From assembly GCA_053919585.1 (NCBI GenBank), contig CM132809.1: a stretch of DNA of 64,000 nucleotides; one strand, given 5' to 3'. Below the pieces are notes generated by a model. The model searched no databases. It saw only the letters and a program-made list of their open reading frames with translations, and was not told where the DNA came from. Both the position numbers and the translations under genes were made by a program. The DNA is from Euprymna scolopes. Lineage: Eukaryota. Shown here in pieces: positions 39,900 to 53,000 of the stretch (within the stretch, counting starts at the first letter, position 1; every line of letters starts with the position of its first letter).

Positions 39900-42229
39900 A
39901 CTTCATGTACAGTACATGTAATTAAACATGAAAACTTAATGTTTGCATTTTTATGGTCTAAATGTTCGTGTTTTTGTTTCATTGTCACGAATGTTTTGGT
40001 GCTTGCATATCTCTTTTTAAATTCCAACAGTAGTCCGCCATTATCACTATGTCCCACCTTCCCTGGTAGCGTGATTCCATTTATCTCAAGTCTTGGTGAA
40101 AGCGCTCTCCATGCTCATCGCTTAAAGAGCCAAGATTTTCGGGAAAGCGGTCCATGTGCGAGTACAGGTAGTGCATTTTTATGCTCATATTGCAGCCAAG
40201 GTTCCTAAAGGCCACTAACATGTTTGCTACTAGATCTTTATAGTTCTCTGCTTTTGTGTTGCCTGGGAAATTCATCACGACCTGACAAAGCAATACCACG
40301 CTTATTGCTTAACAGGATTCATGGTCTCCTCAAACGCGGGAGAGTTTTTGATCAGCTGCCTAATTTGAGGACCATAAAAAATACCAGCTTTTAATTTTTC
40401 AGTTGACAAATTGGGGAAGGTTTTACACAGAAACTGAAAACACCGTCCATCTTTATCCAGTGTTTTTGTGAATTGCTTCATCAAACCGAGCTTTATGTGT
40501 AGTTGGAGGAAATAAAATCGTCCCCTGTCAACTAGAGGCTTGTTTATCAGATTTTTGCTCTACAAATTGCAAGCTCTTCACGTACTGGCCATTCTTTTTT
40601 CAGGTAATGTTGAGTACGATCCCTACTACCCCAGAGGCATAAAAAGCATGGGTATTTAGTAAATCCAGACTGTTGACCAAGCAAGAAGTTGACAATTTTT
40701 AAGTCAACACAAATCAGCCATTTATGCTGGTTATAAGACATTTTTTCTAGGACGTACTTAATTGCTTCATGCTGTTCTTTTAATGTTGCCAATGACACAG
40801 ATGCAAATTGATTTCTATTGTGTAACAAGACACATTTGAAAGACCTTTTGCTGCTGTCGATAAAAAGTCGCGAGTCCTCTGGTTTGTATTCAGGCACGCC
40901 GAGATGTTTCAGTAGCTCTACTATGTCATTGCAATAGACTGATTCTTTTTTTTGAGCAGCATATCTTAAAAATTCCTGGTGCCTGGTACGGAGGAAACTT
41001 ACCTTAAATTTTCCATTTGGCATGTTCTTGTCCTTTATACGAGATGCAAGAAGTTCGGCAGAGTCTTTTGTCAAATTTATATCGCGAACAAGATCGTTTA
41101 GTCCGTTTTGGAAAAACAACTTTGGCTGCTCATCATTGTCATCTTGAAAGGATGCATCATAAGTATCATCGGTAGTGGTAATGCTTTGAGTTTCATTCTG
41201 GCTACTGCTGCTTTCTTAAATACTTGTATCTTCAAATACAGGTACGGGAATGTCTTCACTATGAGGAGTAGCGCGCATAGCTGACGGCAGATTGGGATAC
41301 TCCAGTGTTGTGCGATTTTTTCTTTTAATACCCATGATATTGCTATCACAAAAGTAGCAATCGGTTGCATGATTTGAAGTCTCTCGCCAAATTATAGGGA
41401 TGCCAAATTTCATGGACTTTCGCGTGCCTTTTCTCCATCGACGGAGATGCTCTGTGCATCTTTTGCAAATTATGTGAGGTGCCCAACTTGTATCTTGATC
41501 GCCGAGCTTCATTCCAAATATGCATAGTAAACGCGCAACGCGCTTGATAAAGGTGGTGACAGTATTGCGATTTGGTGCAAGTGCGTATTCACCGCAAACA
41601 TAGCAAAAACATCTGGCTTATTTACACACATTCTTCGAGTCGCCATTGTATACCTGAAAAAAATTAAAAATTAAATTTGTGTACGTTGTCTCCATGAAAT
41701 TTAAAGTTTTTATCCAAAAAAATGGCACAATTATATCTATGTCCTGCGAATAGTTTTAATCGCACAGTAATGAAATAATTAGACTCTGAAACACACAGAA
41801 CCAACACGTAAGCCTTACCTTCTCATCTGTTTTCATATGTTGGTGTGTTTTCATAACAAGTTTTACCATTGAATTCCCGTATGGACCAAATAAAGTATTA
41901 TCTTATCTTTAAATATCGCATAATAATCGCAAAACTTAGACTCCCTAATTAAAATTTAATCAAAAATTGTTTATTCAAATGCTTTCCTTTTTGTATTGCT
42001 AGTGCTAAAAAATTACATTTGTTCAGGTAATAGAACTTTAAACGGTAAATGGTTAATACTTCTGTTGTACCTTTCTCGGGTATTTAAAAGTTAAAAAAAT
42101 AGAAAATTAACGACAACTTAAAATGTCCACCTGACCCAGCAAAAAGAGTGCTATTTTTGGATTCAGCACATCAAAATTGTCCAAAATCAGCTTACAAAAC
42201 TGAGACACCAAATTTACTGTTGACCAGTG
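39900..42229 (-). mobile_element. Chapaev3-type (CMC superfamily) DNA transposon, 3' end not found
   Basis: Terminus TAA|CACTGGTCAACAG...GATGTGCTGAATCCAAAAAT at 42229, followed by a full-length decayed transposase. Confidence 0.85.
39975..41646 (-). pseudogene. Chapaev3-type transposase (frameshifted)
   Basis: MATRRMCVNKPDVFCYVCGE..KLGDQDTSWAPHIIC..WRETSNHATDCYFC..FIDSSKRS..CVDLKIVNFLLGQQSGFTKYPCFLCLW..LHIKLGLMKQF..GPQIRQL..CNMSIKMHYLYSH..SDEHGERFHQD..MADYCW. A splice acceptor TTTTTCAG lies just before the ATG. Confidence 0.9.
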
Positions 42230-42303
42230 TTATCGATAAGCGAGGTGTACTACTGTTTGCATGTGTATTTAGAATAGTTCATGATTATACTTTCCATAAT
42301 ATT

Positions 42304-42486
42304 AAGTGGTGGTATTCAAATTGTGTATGAACAGGTTCAAAGAAAATGTTAATAACAATAAAGGATCTACTATAATTTAGTTATGAATAACGGTTTACTT
42401 AATTTTAACAACCGGTTCGCCGAAGTCATAATGTTTTAAGCACCGGTTCGCACGAACCGGTGCGAACCGGCTGAATCCCATAACTG
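42304..42486. mobile_element. hAT-like MITE (~183 bp)
   Basis: Ends are (C)AGTGGTGGTATTCA and TGAATCCCATAACTG, with repeated subterminal ACCGGTTCG/GAACCGG. The putative 8-bp TSD ATAATATT / ATATTACT matches at 6 of 8 positions. Confidence 0.6.
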
Positions 42487-42894
42487 ATATTACTACACAA
42501 TGGTATTACGCACATTATAAATTACGAACAGTTATAAACTCATATGCTAATAGGAAGTATTAAAGAATATGTACGCTATGTATTATAACCGTACAAAATG
42601 TAGTATACCACCAGTTAATACTCGTATATTTTTTGCTTTAAACTTGATATTTTTTAGAAAGCACGCACATTCGAGGTGCCTTAAATAAGTGTTCTGTTCT
42701 TTTGCAGACATTTTAAATTAACGTATAATCTTGATAAATGAGTATATTGTTGCTACACAAACTATTGGATGACTGACTATATTTTATGTTTTCATGTTTA
42801 AGTAAACAGTACAGAAAGAATCGAAATTAAAATTACAAAGGCTTGCCTCATAAATTTAAAGAACGCAATCGAAAACTGACAACAGTTTTGAGAA

Positions 42895-43740
42895 ATGATA
42901 CGTAATAAATTCTGTTTTAAATTGGAAAAACGACAGAAACTCCGAAACGTACGGAATACTTTATACAGCTTTTGAAACAGCTTTCATCAGTCGGGCATAA
43001 ATTAGTAGGCATAAAACATTCTTGAAAAGCCGAAAGTCTGTGAGAAATTATGAAATGTGCGTGATGAATAAGAAAGTCATAAGGATAGTTGATTAGTCAA
43101 ATAAGGAAAGTCATTGATAAGGACCCTCGTGTGTTCATCGAGACAGTAAGAGCACAGTTTAATATCAGTGAAATAACTGTACACGCAATTATTTTGGAGT
43201 ATTTGGAGATGCGGAAGATTAACGTGAAGTTTGTAGAAAAGGTGCCCAGAGAAGATAAAATAGAATGACAGTGTTATGACAACCGTTATGTGATCGTGAT
43301 TTTCAATTCAGATCTCGCTGTTCATAATGTTCTTAGGACCTGAGATGACAGCTGGATATACTGCTATGTCCCGGAGAACAGGACTTTCCAATGAAACATG
43401 CTGACCCCCCCCCTACATTGCATATAAGCAGAAGAGCAGACGGAACAAATCCACCCCAAAAATGTGAGCATACCGTTTGTGAAAGAAGGACATGATCTAC
43501 ATGAACCGGATTTAAACTGAAGAATAAAGTGTGTACAGTTTTTAGATAATCCACGAAGATATTCCATAAAATAATAGAACACACTTCAAGGCGGATCAGT
43601 GGAAAATGCGCCTATTAACAACGCCATCCTTTTCACATACTATTTTGACAAGATGGTCATTAAGACAGGTGTTTACACTTCTTATAGCCTAAACAGTGCT
43701 CGGTGTTTATCATGGTTATTCCAAAAGCTCATGTTAACTC
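42895..43740 (+). pseudogene. Degenerate mariner transposase
   Basis: Peptides FCFKL.K, DPRVFIETVRAQFNISEITVHAII..LEMRKI..KFV, DDSWIYCYVPE and KMVIKT..SYSLNSARC..WLFQKL correspond to mariner GDESWIY and YSPDLAPCDFWLFPKL. Confidence 0.75.
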
Positions 43741-45297
43741 GTAGACGCTGTCGTTAGGAGAGGACTGAGAGGATTAAATATCCTATGGCTTTCAGACAAA
43801 AACACTATTTTATTTTTATAATGACCCCCTTTTATAATGTTACTGAAAAAAACTGAATGTGTCGCAATATATTTGATAATTAATGGGGTCATTATGCATG
43901 TACATAAAATTACAAAAATAATATTAAGAAAGATTATGCACACGATTAAGAATAGGGGGATAATGGAGGACTATGACAAACTAAGGCTTACTTATCTAAA
44001 CTTTCTAGTTCCTCACATTCACTCTACTCTCACCACAATTACTCTTCTTTCTATATACCCATCAGTGTCTTTACAATTACAAAGGCTTCACACCAAAACT
44101 CTACTATGAATAATCTACTTAAACACACACAGGGAAATATGAAACAGAGTGTCAGGGGAATAAAAATCTAATTTACAAAAGAAATAAATGATAATTTAAA
44201 TTTTAGTGAAAAAATATCCTCACGAATGAACTGTGTATGATACACCAGTTAACTAGTCGAAAGGTTGATGCGAATTGTTCTTAACACAACTTATTAAAAG
44301 ATTCGAAACGGAATTCGCATAGCTGGCTAATTCAAATAATTAAATGAATAATTGGTGCGGGAGAATTTGTGAGCATGGCCGCCTTTAGTTAAGTATTACG
44401 TGTATTTATAATAATGCAGATATCTTACATGATGTATACTTGTGTGATATTTGCGAAAAAAACTAGAGTAAACAAATATGTCTTTCTATATATNNNNNNN
44501 NNNNNNNNNNNNNNNNNNNNNNNNNNNNNNNNNNNNNNNNNNNNNNNNNNNNNNNNNNNNNNNNNNNNNNNNNNNNNNNNNNNNNNNNNNNNNNNNNNNN
44601 NNNNNNNNNNNNNNNNNNNNNNNNNNNNNNNNNNNNNNNNNCTGTGAGTGTCTGCATATATGAAACTTAATGTATAGGGTATTCGAGCCTATACGAAATA
44701 TTTTATGCGTTTCTTTTTTTTTTTCTCTGGGGAATTAGCAGAAAACGTGTTAAAATTTAAAAAAAAAAGTAATTTGCAAGGTGTAGGTCAAATGAAAGCA
44801 TTACTAGTACACATGCGTTACGTTATAGCTATTCGTTATTTTGTAATATTTAACCTTGCAGCAAACATGTCTTCACAAATTAAGTATAAATGTCAAAAGG
44901 AAAAATAAATCTTAAGCTAAAGAATTTGGTTCGATTCTCGGTGGTGGGACGTGAGTCATTTTTTTTTAATAAGTACAATACATTGGGGCCAATATAATAT
45001 CATAACAATAAACGTAATCTGCATTAATCAAGATACAAATTTTACATCGGGTCATTCTNNNNNNNNNNNNNNNNNNNNNNNNNNNNNNNNNNNNNNNNNN
45101 NNNNNNNNNNNNNNNNNNNNNNNNNNNNNNNNNNNNNNNNNNNNNNNNNNNNNNNNNNNNNNNNNNNNNNNNNNNNNNNNNNNNNNNNNNNNNNNNNNNN
45201 NNNNNNNNNNNNNNNNNNNNNNNNNNNNNNNNNNNNNNNNNNNNNAAAAACACATCTCCATATTATTTTACTCATAAAAAAGTAAAAAAAAAACGTA

Positions 45298-45349
<52 letters not shown>

Positions 45350-45629
45350 ACATTTTTAAAAGATATATAAATAAACAACCTTATAAATCCCATTTATAGC
45401 CATGAGCCCCTAAGGGGCATATACCATCTACAACTTTGTAGATCCTTTAGTACTGAGTGAGTTCTTTTTACGGGGCGAGGGTGCTGATCTCACGCCCAAC
45501 CTTCCCAGAATGTATATAGAGCGCCTAGCCTTCCTAAATGGTCACCAGTCTGGTTCTAGCCAGGCTCAACATTGATTAACTTCGGTTATCTGGCGAGAAC
45601 CGGTGTGTCAACTTTATTGTGCCGCACTC
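45298..45629 (-). mobile_element. 5S rRNA-derived SINE with RTE-like body and (TAA)n tail
   Basis: Minus 45629-45520 reads CGGC..TTGACACACCGGTTCTCG..GATAACCGAAGTTAA..GAGCCTGGCTAG..GGTGACC..GGAA, collinear with 5S rRNA. It continues GGTTGGGCGTGAG..CCCCGTAAAA, then TATGCCCCTTAGGGG, then (AAT)n. Confidence 0.75.
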
Positions 45630-45796
45630 AGTTTCCTAAATTGCTTTTTAATTACCCATTAAATTAAACTCGATGAAAACCCATTAACATTTTAATATAT
45701 CGGTAGTTAACATTCAAAATCCTAAAACATGTTTGTATATCATAAACTTTTTTTTATATTATATACGTTTTGAATATTATAGCATTTTATTCTATA

Positions 45797-46747
45797 CTAG
45801 CAGTAAACGTGCACCCGCGTTGCACGGTGAAGTAAACCCTAAAGTCGACCTGTAAAACACACACACACGCACAAAGAATTAAACTATTTTCGTAAGTGGG
45901 AGGACTGCTGGCCCTGTTTAATACTGGCCTCTTGCGCCTGTGGTCAATATGAATGTACCCTGAAACATTACCGACACATTTCCTGCATACTTAGGTATTT
46001 AAGAGTTTCGCTTTAAAGAATCGAGTATATTTTCTAATGTATTGTCCCGATGAAGAAAATACGGAATTAAAAAAAAAATATGAGGCGTAAATAATATTGT
46101 TGGCAAAAAGATAAATCTTTCATATTTTTACGCATAATAATAAAAGAAACAAATATTTATCAGCTAACATCTTCAATTTCTTAAGGCGATACGTCGCCGT
46201 TGTTTTTTTTTATTTTTGTAGGAAACATCTAAATGTAAAAGTCGTAAATATTTCGGAGCTAAACTTTTTAATATAGACATACATATGAAACTGGCCGTGT
46301 TAAAATGTAACCACTCTACACGTAGTGTTTTAAATGTTAAAATAAATCAGTTTTATATGCGTTTTTTCGAAGATATCGTCGACGAAGACTTCGGCATTAT
46401 TTGTTTTATGTTCATAGGAAAATCATGAAAAATATTTAATTATCTGGGAGCGTAACTTTTTAATAGATATTCGCATATGGAATTCCTCGTTTTTAAACTC
46501 CACCAATGCGAACATATTCATAGTCGACTGTTTATCTACGTATTTCAATCTCGTCCATTTTGAATCTCATATCAACATATTATTGCCCGTTTTTATAGCA
46601 TAAACAGTGTTTATACCAACTAGCAATTTAGTGTTGATACTCATTAGATTTCGATACTCATTTCGTTTGATACTCATTAATTTTCATGGAGCCTAATCTT
46701 CGAGTGTCATTTTTCTGGAGAAATGATGGTCTTATATTTAAAATAGA
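45797..46747 (-). mobile_element. Probable non-autonomous Helitron
   Basis: The plus strand shows ACTAG then a CGTGCA-CCCGCGT-TGCACG hairpin, which is the 3' end on the minus strand. The 5' end (TCTATTTTAAATATAAG) is tentative. Confidence 0.5.
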
Positions 46748-46847
46748 AGGCAAACATCGTTTTCTGGTGGTGTAAAACGAGCATTATTATGAATTGAGTC
46801 GTCCTGGCCTAAATCTAGGCAAATTATTTTTATTGGGAATGCGACCT

Positions 46848-46930
<83 letters not shown>

Positions 46931-47383
46931 TATAGATATATTGAAGCAACTTGCACTTGTTTTTTTTTTATTTTTCTTCCATAGACATCTTCGTGAAAAA
47001 AGGCAGTACGTTATTAAGAAAAAAATATTCAAAGGAATTTTGCTTGAGGCGATTGTCTGAAGAAGTGTTATTTCGTGACAGCTGATAATGATACAGAAAA
47101 TCGAATTGGCTGTTTTGGGTTAGGCTGTCTATCCCCTTTCATGTTGACCAAAACTAATCACGGCCGTTCCGTATACATAACGCATCCAACAATCAAGAAA
47201 CTACTTTTAAACAGCAACATCTCCCAACACATGAAGTTATGTAAATTTCCTTTTGTAATAAACTATTTTTTACTGTAAATCACGTATGATGACAAAATGG
47301 GTAAAATACAAATTGAGATAACGCTACTAGGTTTTTTTGTTCAATATGAATATATATATATATATAAATATATATATATATGT

Positions 47384-47426
<43 letters not shown>

Positions 47427-47747
47427 GTAAGATTATTAGTGAATCTTTTATTTTGATCTTTACTTTATTTTTGGTAAAAAAAAAATGTTGCTTTAAATGG
47501 AATAAATGCTCATCATAGAGAAATGATGATGTCCATTTCATGTCTGTGATTTGGAAATAATGTGTCATACTTGTTCATTATATGTTTTGTGGTAGATCAG
47601 ATGTCATAGTAACGACTGTGTTAACGCTAACCAATCATTAATTATAAAAAAAAAATAAAAGAAAAGTATGTGGTCTTGTTTGGACCGCGAGCGACCACGA
47701 AAAGCTAAAATAATATTTTTACACGAGTATGCTTTCGATAGTCTTTC

Positions 47748-48070
47748 TATTTTTCAATTGTTTCTTAAGCATGACTGGGACGTTATCCTCTAGCGAGTTG
47801 ATCTTCTGTTGAGCTCAATATCAATCAAAACACACATTGACAAAGCGCAGACATGTTTCCTTTCAGGGTTTTTTTGTTTTGTTTTTTTTTTTTGAGAAAT
47901 ATGCCTTACGGGATAAAAGAAGAATCTCATTGTTTTTACTTCTAAACTTGTTTTATAATAAGGATTTTAAGATGCAGACGTCATCAGTGCAGCTTCACTT
48001 TTATTTGTGTTTTTTATACAGTTAGGAATGTATGTTGTCTATTTTGTTTCAAATGTGCGACTGTTCAGTT
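47748..48070. repeat. ~320-bp diverged direct repeat, second copy at 49725-50030
   Basis: Collinear blocks TTGTTTCTT.AG.ATGACTG, GCAGACATG, TTTTTTATACA.TT.GGAA and ATGTGCGACTGTTCAGT. Confidence 0.8.
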
Positions 48071-48577
48071 GTACTGAAAAGTTTTTTCATAGACTAACAT
48101 TATCGAATGACACCAAAAGTTATACTCTAATATTTAATGTTAAAATTTTCATCGACTACCAAAGCAAACGTTGTAAGTTCTCTCTCTGGCTTGCGAAAAG
48201 GTGCAATTCTAGACGTACTGAGCAGACGTGATACATCGAAATGTTACTCCATATGGATGACTATATATTTAGCTCCTCCTCTTTGGGTAGAGCAATATCG
48301 TAAATTTATCTAACTCGCTACTTGAATTGATGTAATGCGAAGTTCGTTGTTTCTGTGTTTGTAAACAAACTAGCACCTGGAGCAATATAAAACTACAAGG
48401 CAAGTGTATATTAAAACAGGCATTTGTTACTGTAATTTACGAGCACCAGTTCAATAGGCTGATTGTTAAGAGTGTCGACTATCAACGCGATTGATGTAGA
48501 TCCAATCTCTTTCTATAAAAACGTTCTAATCTTGCCGCACTAATAAGTTGTGATAAAGCTAACAGATGAATGTGTGG

Positions 48578-48624
<47 letters not shown>

Positions 48625-48625
<1 letters not shown>

Positions 48626-49573
48626 ACTGGGGTCATTCTATGGAGGGTAGGCGCGAACGCAGACCCCACAATTTTAATAAATCATCATTATGCCAGATCA
48701 GACATACCACTTCCTGTGTCTCGATATATCTTCTATCATTATATGTGACCAGTTTTATATAATAGTCAACCATATAGGAGCCTATTCGTGACTAGACACA
48801 CACATAAACACACAGACGTTAAGCTTTATATTATAATAGCAACAGTACCCGTCGTTGATTGGGTTCAAAAAGGGCCTACAGAAAATGGTCTCTGATTTAT
48901 GAAAGTATGATAGGTTATGAAAAGGAAGGGTTGTAAAGGGATAGTTTCGAATTTGGGGGTATCAAAACCAAACAAAATATGATAAAAGTAAAAATATAAT
49001 TGATAAACCCCATTATTTATTATAACATGCCTGCTCACACTGAAACACTTATCACAATATTGTGTGGATCTATATTAAAATACCTTGTTAAACTTTGTGA
49101 CAAATGTCCATTCTATGGAGGTCAGATGCGAACGAACACCCCATAATTTTATTATACCATATTTCTTCAAACTAAAACATAATTATCAAAGTATACTTAC
49201 GCAGATAGATAGGAAAAGTCTTTATTAAAGTTTGTGCCTATTTCCATTCTATGGAGGCCAGGCGCGAACGCAGACCCCCCAATTTTATTATACCATCCCT
49301 ATTAAAGTTAAAACCTACTTATCAAAGTAATCTTATGTACATCTATATCAGAAAGACTTGTAAACGTTTTTATTAATTTTTAATTTTTTTATTTCCATAC
49401 TTTGTGGACCAGACGCGAACGCAGACCCCACAATTTTAATGAACCACCGTTCTGCAGGATCAAACATACTCATACTTGTGTCTCGATACACCTTCTATCA
49501 TTATATGTAATCAGTTGCTTAAAATAGTCAACCATGTAGGAGCCTCTTCGTTACCAGACACACCCACATTCAG

Positions 49574-49580
<7 letters not shown>
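48625..49580 (-). mobile_element. Tandem Helitron-like units with internal ~140-bp subrepeats
   Basis: A partial unit 48625-48833 is followed by a full unit 48835-49580, and both end AGACACAC..AGCTTTATA. The subrepeat CATTCTATGGAGG..GCGAACGCAGACCCC occurs at about 48634, 49109, 49245 and 49397. Confidence 0.65.
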
Positions 49581-49653
<73 letters not shown>

Positions 49654-50243
49654 AGATGAATTGTTTTTGTGTGTACTTATATAAAGAATACTTTTTTCTG
49701 TTTATTAAAAAAAAAGACAATACAATTTTCACTTGTTTCTTTAGTATGACTGAGCACTTATGCTTTAGCATTTGGACTTCTGTTTAGCTTATTATCAATC
49801 GAAACACGCATTAGCAAAGTGCAGACATGCACATTTTATTTATTTTTTTATTTGGAGAAGTGGCGCTTACTGGATAAAGACGAATCTAATTCTTTTTACT
49901 CATACACTTTTTTACTAGTAAGGCTTTCAGAGATGCTGGCGTCATCATTGCAGTTTCCCTTTTATTCGTTTTTTTATACACTTGGGAACGCATGTCGTCT
50001 ATTTTGCTTAGCATGTGCGACTGTTCAGTAATTTTTTTAGGTTTCATAATACGCTTACATGACGTTGTGTATATCATTCTATATCTTTTGAGCGAAAGTA
50101 CATTTAGGAGGTTATAATACCAGCTGAAAGATGTCAATTTTGGTTTCTCGTCACGCCTTTTATTCTGACATGCCCTTATGTAACCCTCGCTGAAATTTGT
50201 ACGATTTACCATAATCTGTATTTATTACCATAAATTCCTAATA

Positions 50244-52620
50244 TGTAATAAATCTATAGGGCATGGCATTCGCCACTTTTCCACGGTCTATATAAGACGC
50301 CCTATATTCTGCTCAAGGTTTAAACATACCAATTGTATGTGTATCTTTAATCCTTGTTATTTTATCTTTAAAATTATAATAAACAAAATTAATCGTCTTT
50401 ATATTTACGTTGTGAAGGCATTGCTTATCTGGACAACGGTATTATTATTAGACGCCACGCTCTTTGTAACATCGTCTAATTTTTATGAAACGGTTTTGCT
50501 TTTTATGTGTTTTTCCTCGTCTTGTGTGTGTCTCTGTAAATTGTTGTATTTTGTTTAATATGTATTTTTCTTTTCTATTAGCTAAATAGTTTATATTCAT
50601 ATATCCTACACCTATATGAGACATTACTTCCTTACTGATATTTACAAGCTATTCGAGTATTGGCCTTACACAATTATTTAAGGTAAAAAACGAAAAAAAA
50701 AAACCCGGATGGTTAGTGTGACATTGGTTGCCGTTATGAGGATAAACATGTAGATTTAATGGGTATAAAGAAGCAGTGTACTTTTATTTTAAACCGTCAG
50801 AATGTTGAAGCGATCGGAGGCGTTTTGTCTTGTTTCAGCGAGAGTGAAAATGAACCACGTGGTCGAATAAGTGGAAAGACAAACGCCGAAAAAAAACACG
50901 CGCATAAAAGACCGCCTTTAATGTCAAAATCAAAATTTGAATGACTTTTCCTAACAAAGTGAAGTGCGATGTCGGGAATTATTTGGATAAATGATTTTTA
51001 TATTCAGTTAAAAAAAGTTGAGTCGTAGTTTATATATGTCCTAACGCTTGGAAATTACCTGAAATTAAATCCGCCGACATGCGAGATTTTCAAAAGAGAG
51101 ACTAAAGATTAATGAGTAAGAATTAGTAAGAAAAGCATAAATCCTTATATGGAAAAGATAATAACAATTCATGCTATATTGCACCCAAGTCAAGTTAGGG
51201 AGTAAACGCCTTTCTCGGGTGTACTCATATCATAAAATGTTTTACCAGACTTTTTTGATATAGCCGAACGTATAATAAACATAACTAGAAAGAATTGGAG
51301 ATTGAAGTTAAATGATGAATATCAGGCTGCTTTGACACGATAAAAGCAATGTTGGTGGAGTTTGTGACTCTAGATTACCTGGACATCACCAGAGGGCATA
51401 CTCTCGAAGCAGATAAGATTGATTTTGCGGTAGGTGCACGTTTTACTCAGATGTTATACGATGAGGATAAGAAAGAGTATTAGAGAAACAAATCTACTTC
51501 TATTAATTGATGGATACTCAAACCAGTTGGAAAACAGTTGAAAAATAAACCTATGCTATACATTATGCGCTGCAATATTATAATCACTACTTACATAGTG
51601 CTATATTCATTATTTGCACGGGTCATAAACTGCGTGTATGCTTGAAAAATTCACTCATGTAAAATAAAAAAATAATACAAATGGGCTATGAACATATCTG
51701 GATATAATAGTAAAATAAATATTTGAAGGACACGGGCACGTGTGTGCAGCATTATGTTTATGTTCAAATAGAGCTTCACGCACCAACCACGATAAACAAG
51801 TAGAATATACGGAATCACACATGAGATAAGCGCCATACACTGAAACACTTCGAAGCAACAAAATTTGCTAAATTACACGAAAAGACCCGAGCAGAATTTT
51901 GAATTTAAGTTCAATTTAACATAGTACGTTAGCATGGCAAGGATAAGAAACTTAGTGAGTTGAAATGCAGATTTATAGGAATGAGGCGACGAGGCGGAAA
52001 AGATTATTTTTCGATGTAATCGTCAATTATATCTCGTATCCGAACGAAGAATAATTGTTAAATTCTGGCCCACTTCAGAACCCAAATGCTGGTGTAGTAC
52101 TATAATTAAACTTGTCACATGAGGACAAGTAAAATGTATCAAGTTATTACACACAAGTATCTTGGCCTTGTATATTTAGAGAAGTTATTATGTTAGCATA
52201 TGGGTAACCTGTTAGACAAGATATTTGAGTAAGATCAGGCAAATTTTCAAACAGTATGACATACATCCCTCTCTGTTTGCGAAAATGATTATTATTAGGA
52301 CAATTTTATGGAACCAGAACAGTGTCATATTTATTTATATGTACAGTGAATTACCAGATTATTTTCCTGCGCCCCAAAAAGAAGTAGAGTCATTTAGTCA
52401 CTTGTTAATAGAGAATATATTGCCTGGATTTGGCACTTCCTTATGAATAGTGACATACAACGGTACCAAAAAAATTATTTGTGGCATAAAGAGAACAGGA
52501 GACGAATTAAACATTCATCATATGACGATATCTTTCTACCATCCCAAAATGAACGGTAAAGTAGAACGGTTACATAAACGATGAATGTTATACCAGAGAC
52601 AACGATAAATGGCAACACGG
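50244..52620 (+). mobile_element. Highly degenerate Ty3/Gypsy LTR retrotransposon
   Basis: RT-RNaseH linker peptides REVNAFLG, LPDFFDIAERIINITRKN..YQAAFDTIK and DFAVGARFTQ (51137-51450). Integrase IVTYNGT and HMTISFYHPKMNGKVERLHK (~52450-52580). PBS-like TGGTTGCCGT after GTGACA at 50723. LTR bounds are tentative. Confidence 0.75.
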
Positions 52621-52769
52621 ATTCCTTGTATTTATATATGAATTATATACTAGCGGCTAATAGATTTTACGCTACTGAATCTACAACGTTGTCCATTTTT
52701 TATAAACTATAAAAATATATATAACTACGGCGTTAAAAACAGAAAGTATCATGAAGTGGATTATCATAG

Positions 52770-53000
52770 ATTCGATGGAAATTCCCACACTTGCAATGCA
52801 TTTGTCGCAATATTACAACAATTCTCGAATAACCCACTTCTTGTGTGAGCGCGTCAACGGCCTTACTCACGGCGTGTTTCGTCGCCTCAATCGTTTCATA
52901 ACGACAGTCTTTAGGGGTTTCTCCAAGTTTCAGAAATAATAAAAAGTCGCAGGTAAAATATTCTTTAACAAAGATAGGGTTATTTACTGGTGCATTCGTG
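52770..53000 (-). pseudogene. Mariner transposase C-terminal fragment
   Basis: NAPVNNPIFVKEYFTCDFLLFLKLGETPKDCRYETIEATKHAVSKAVDALTQE corresponds to DNAPVH..CDFWLFPKL..CRYETIEEMK. Confidence 0.8.

Noticed and set aside
45520-45629. 5S rRNA gene
   Set aside because: It has many substitutions, no oligo-T terminator, and is fused to a SINE-like body and tail.
48445-48510. tRNA-like SINE heads here and near 44930 and 46770
   Set aside because: Only partial A/B boxes, with no cloverleaf or shared body.
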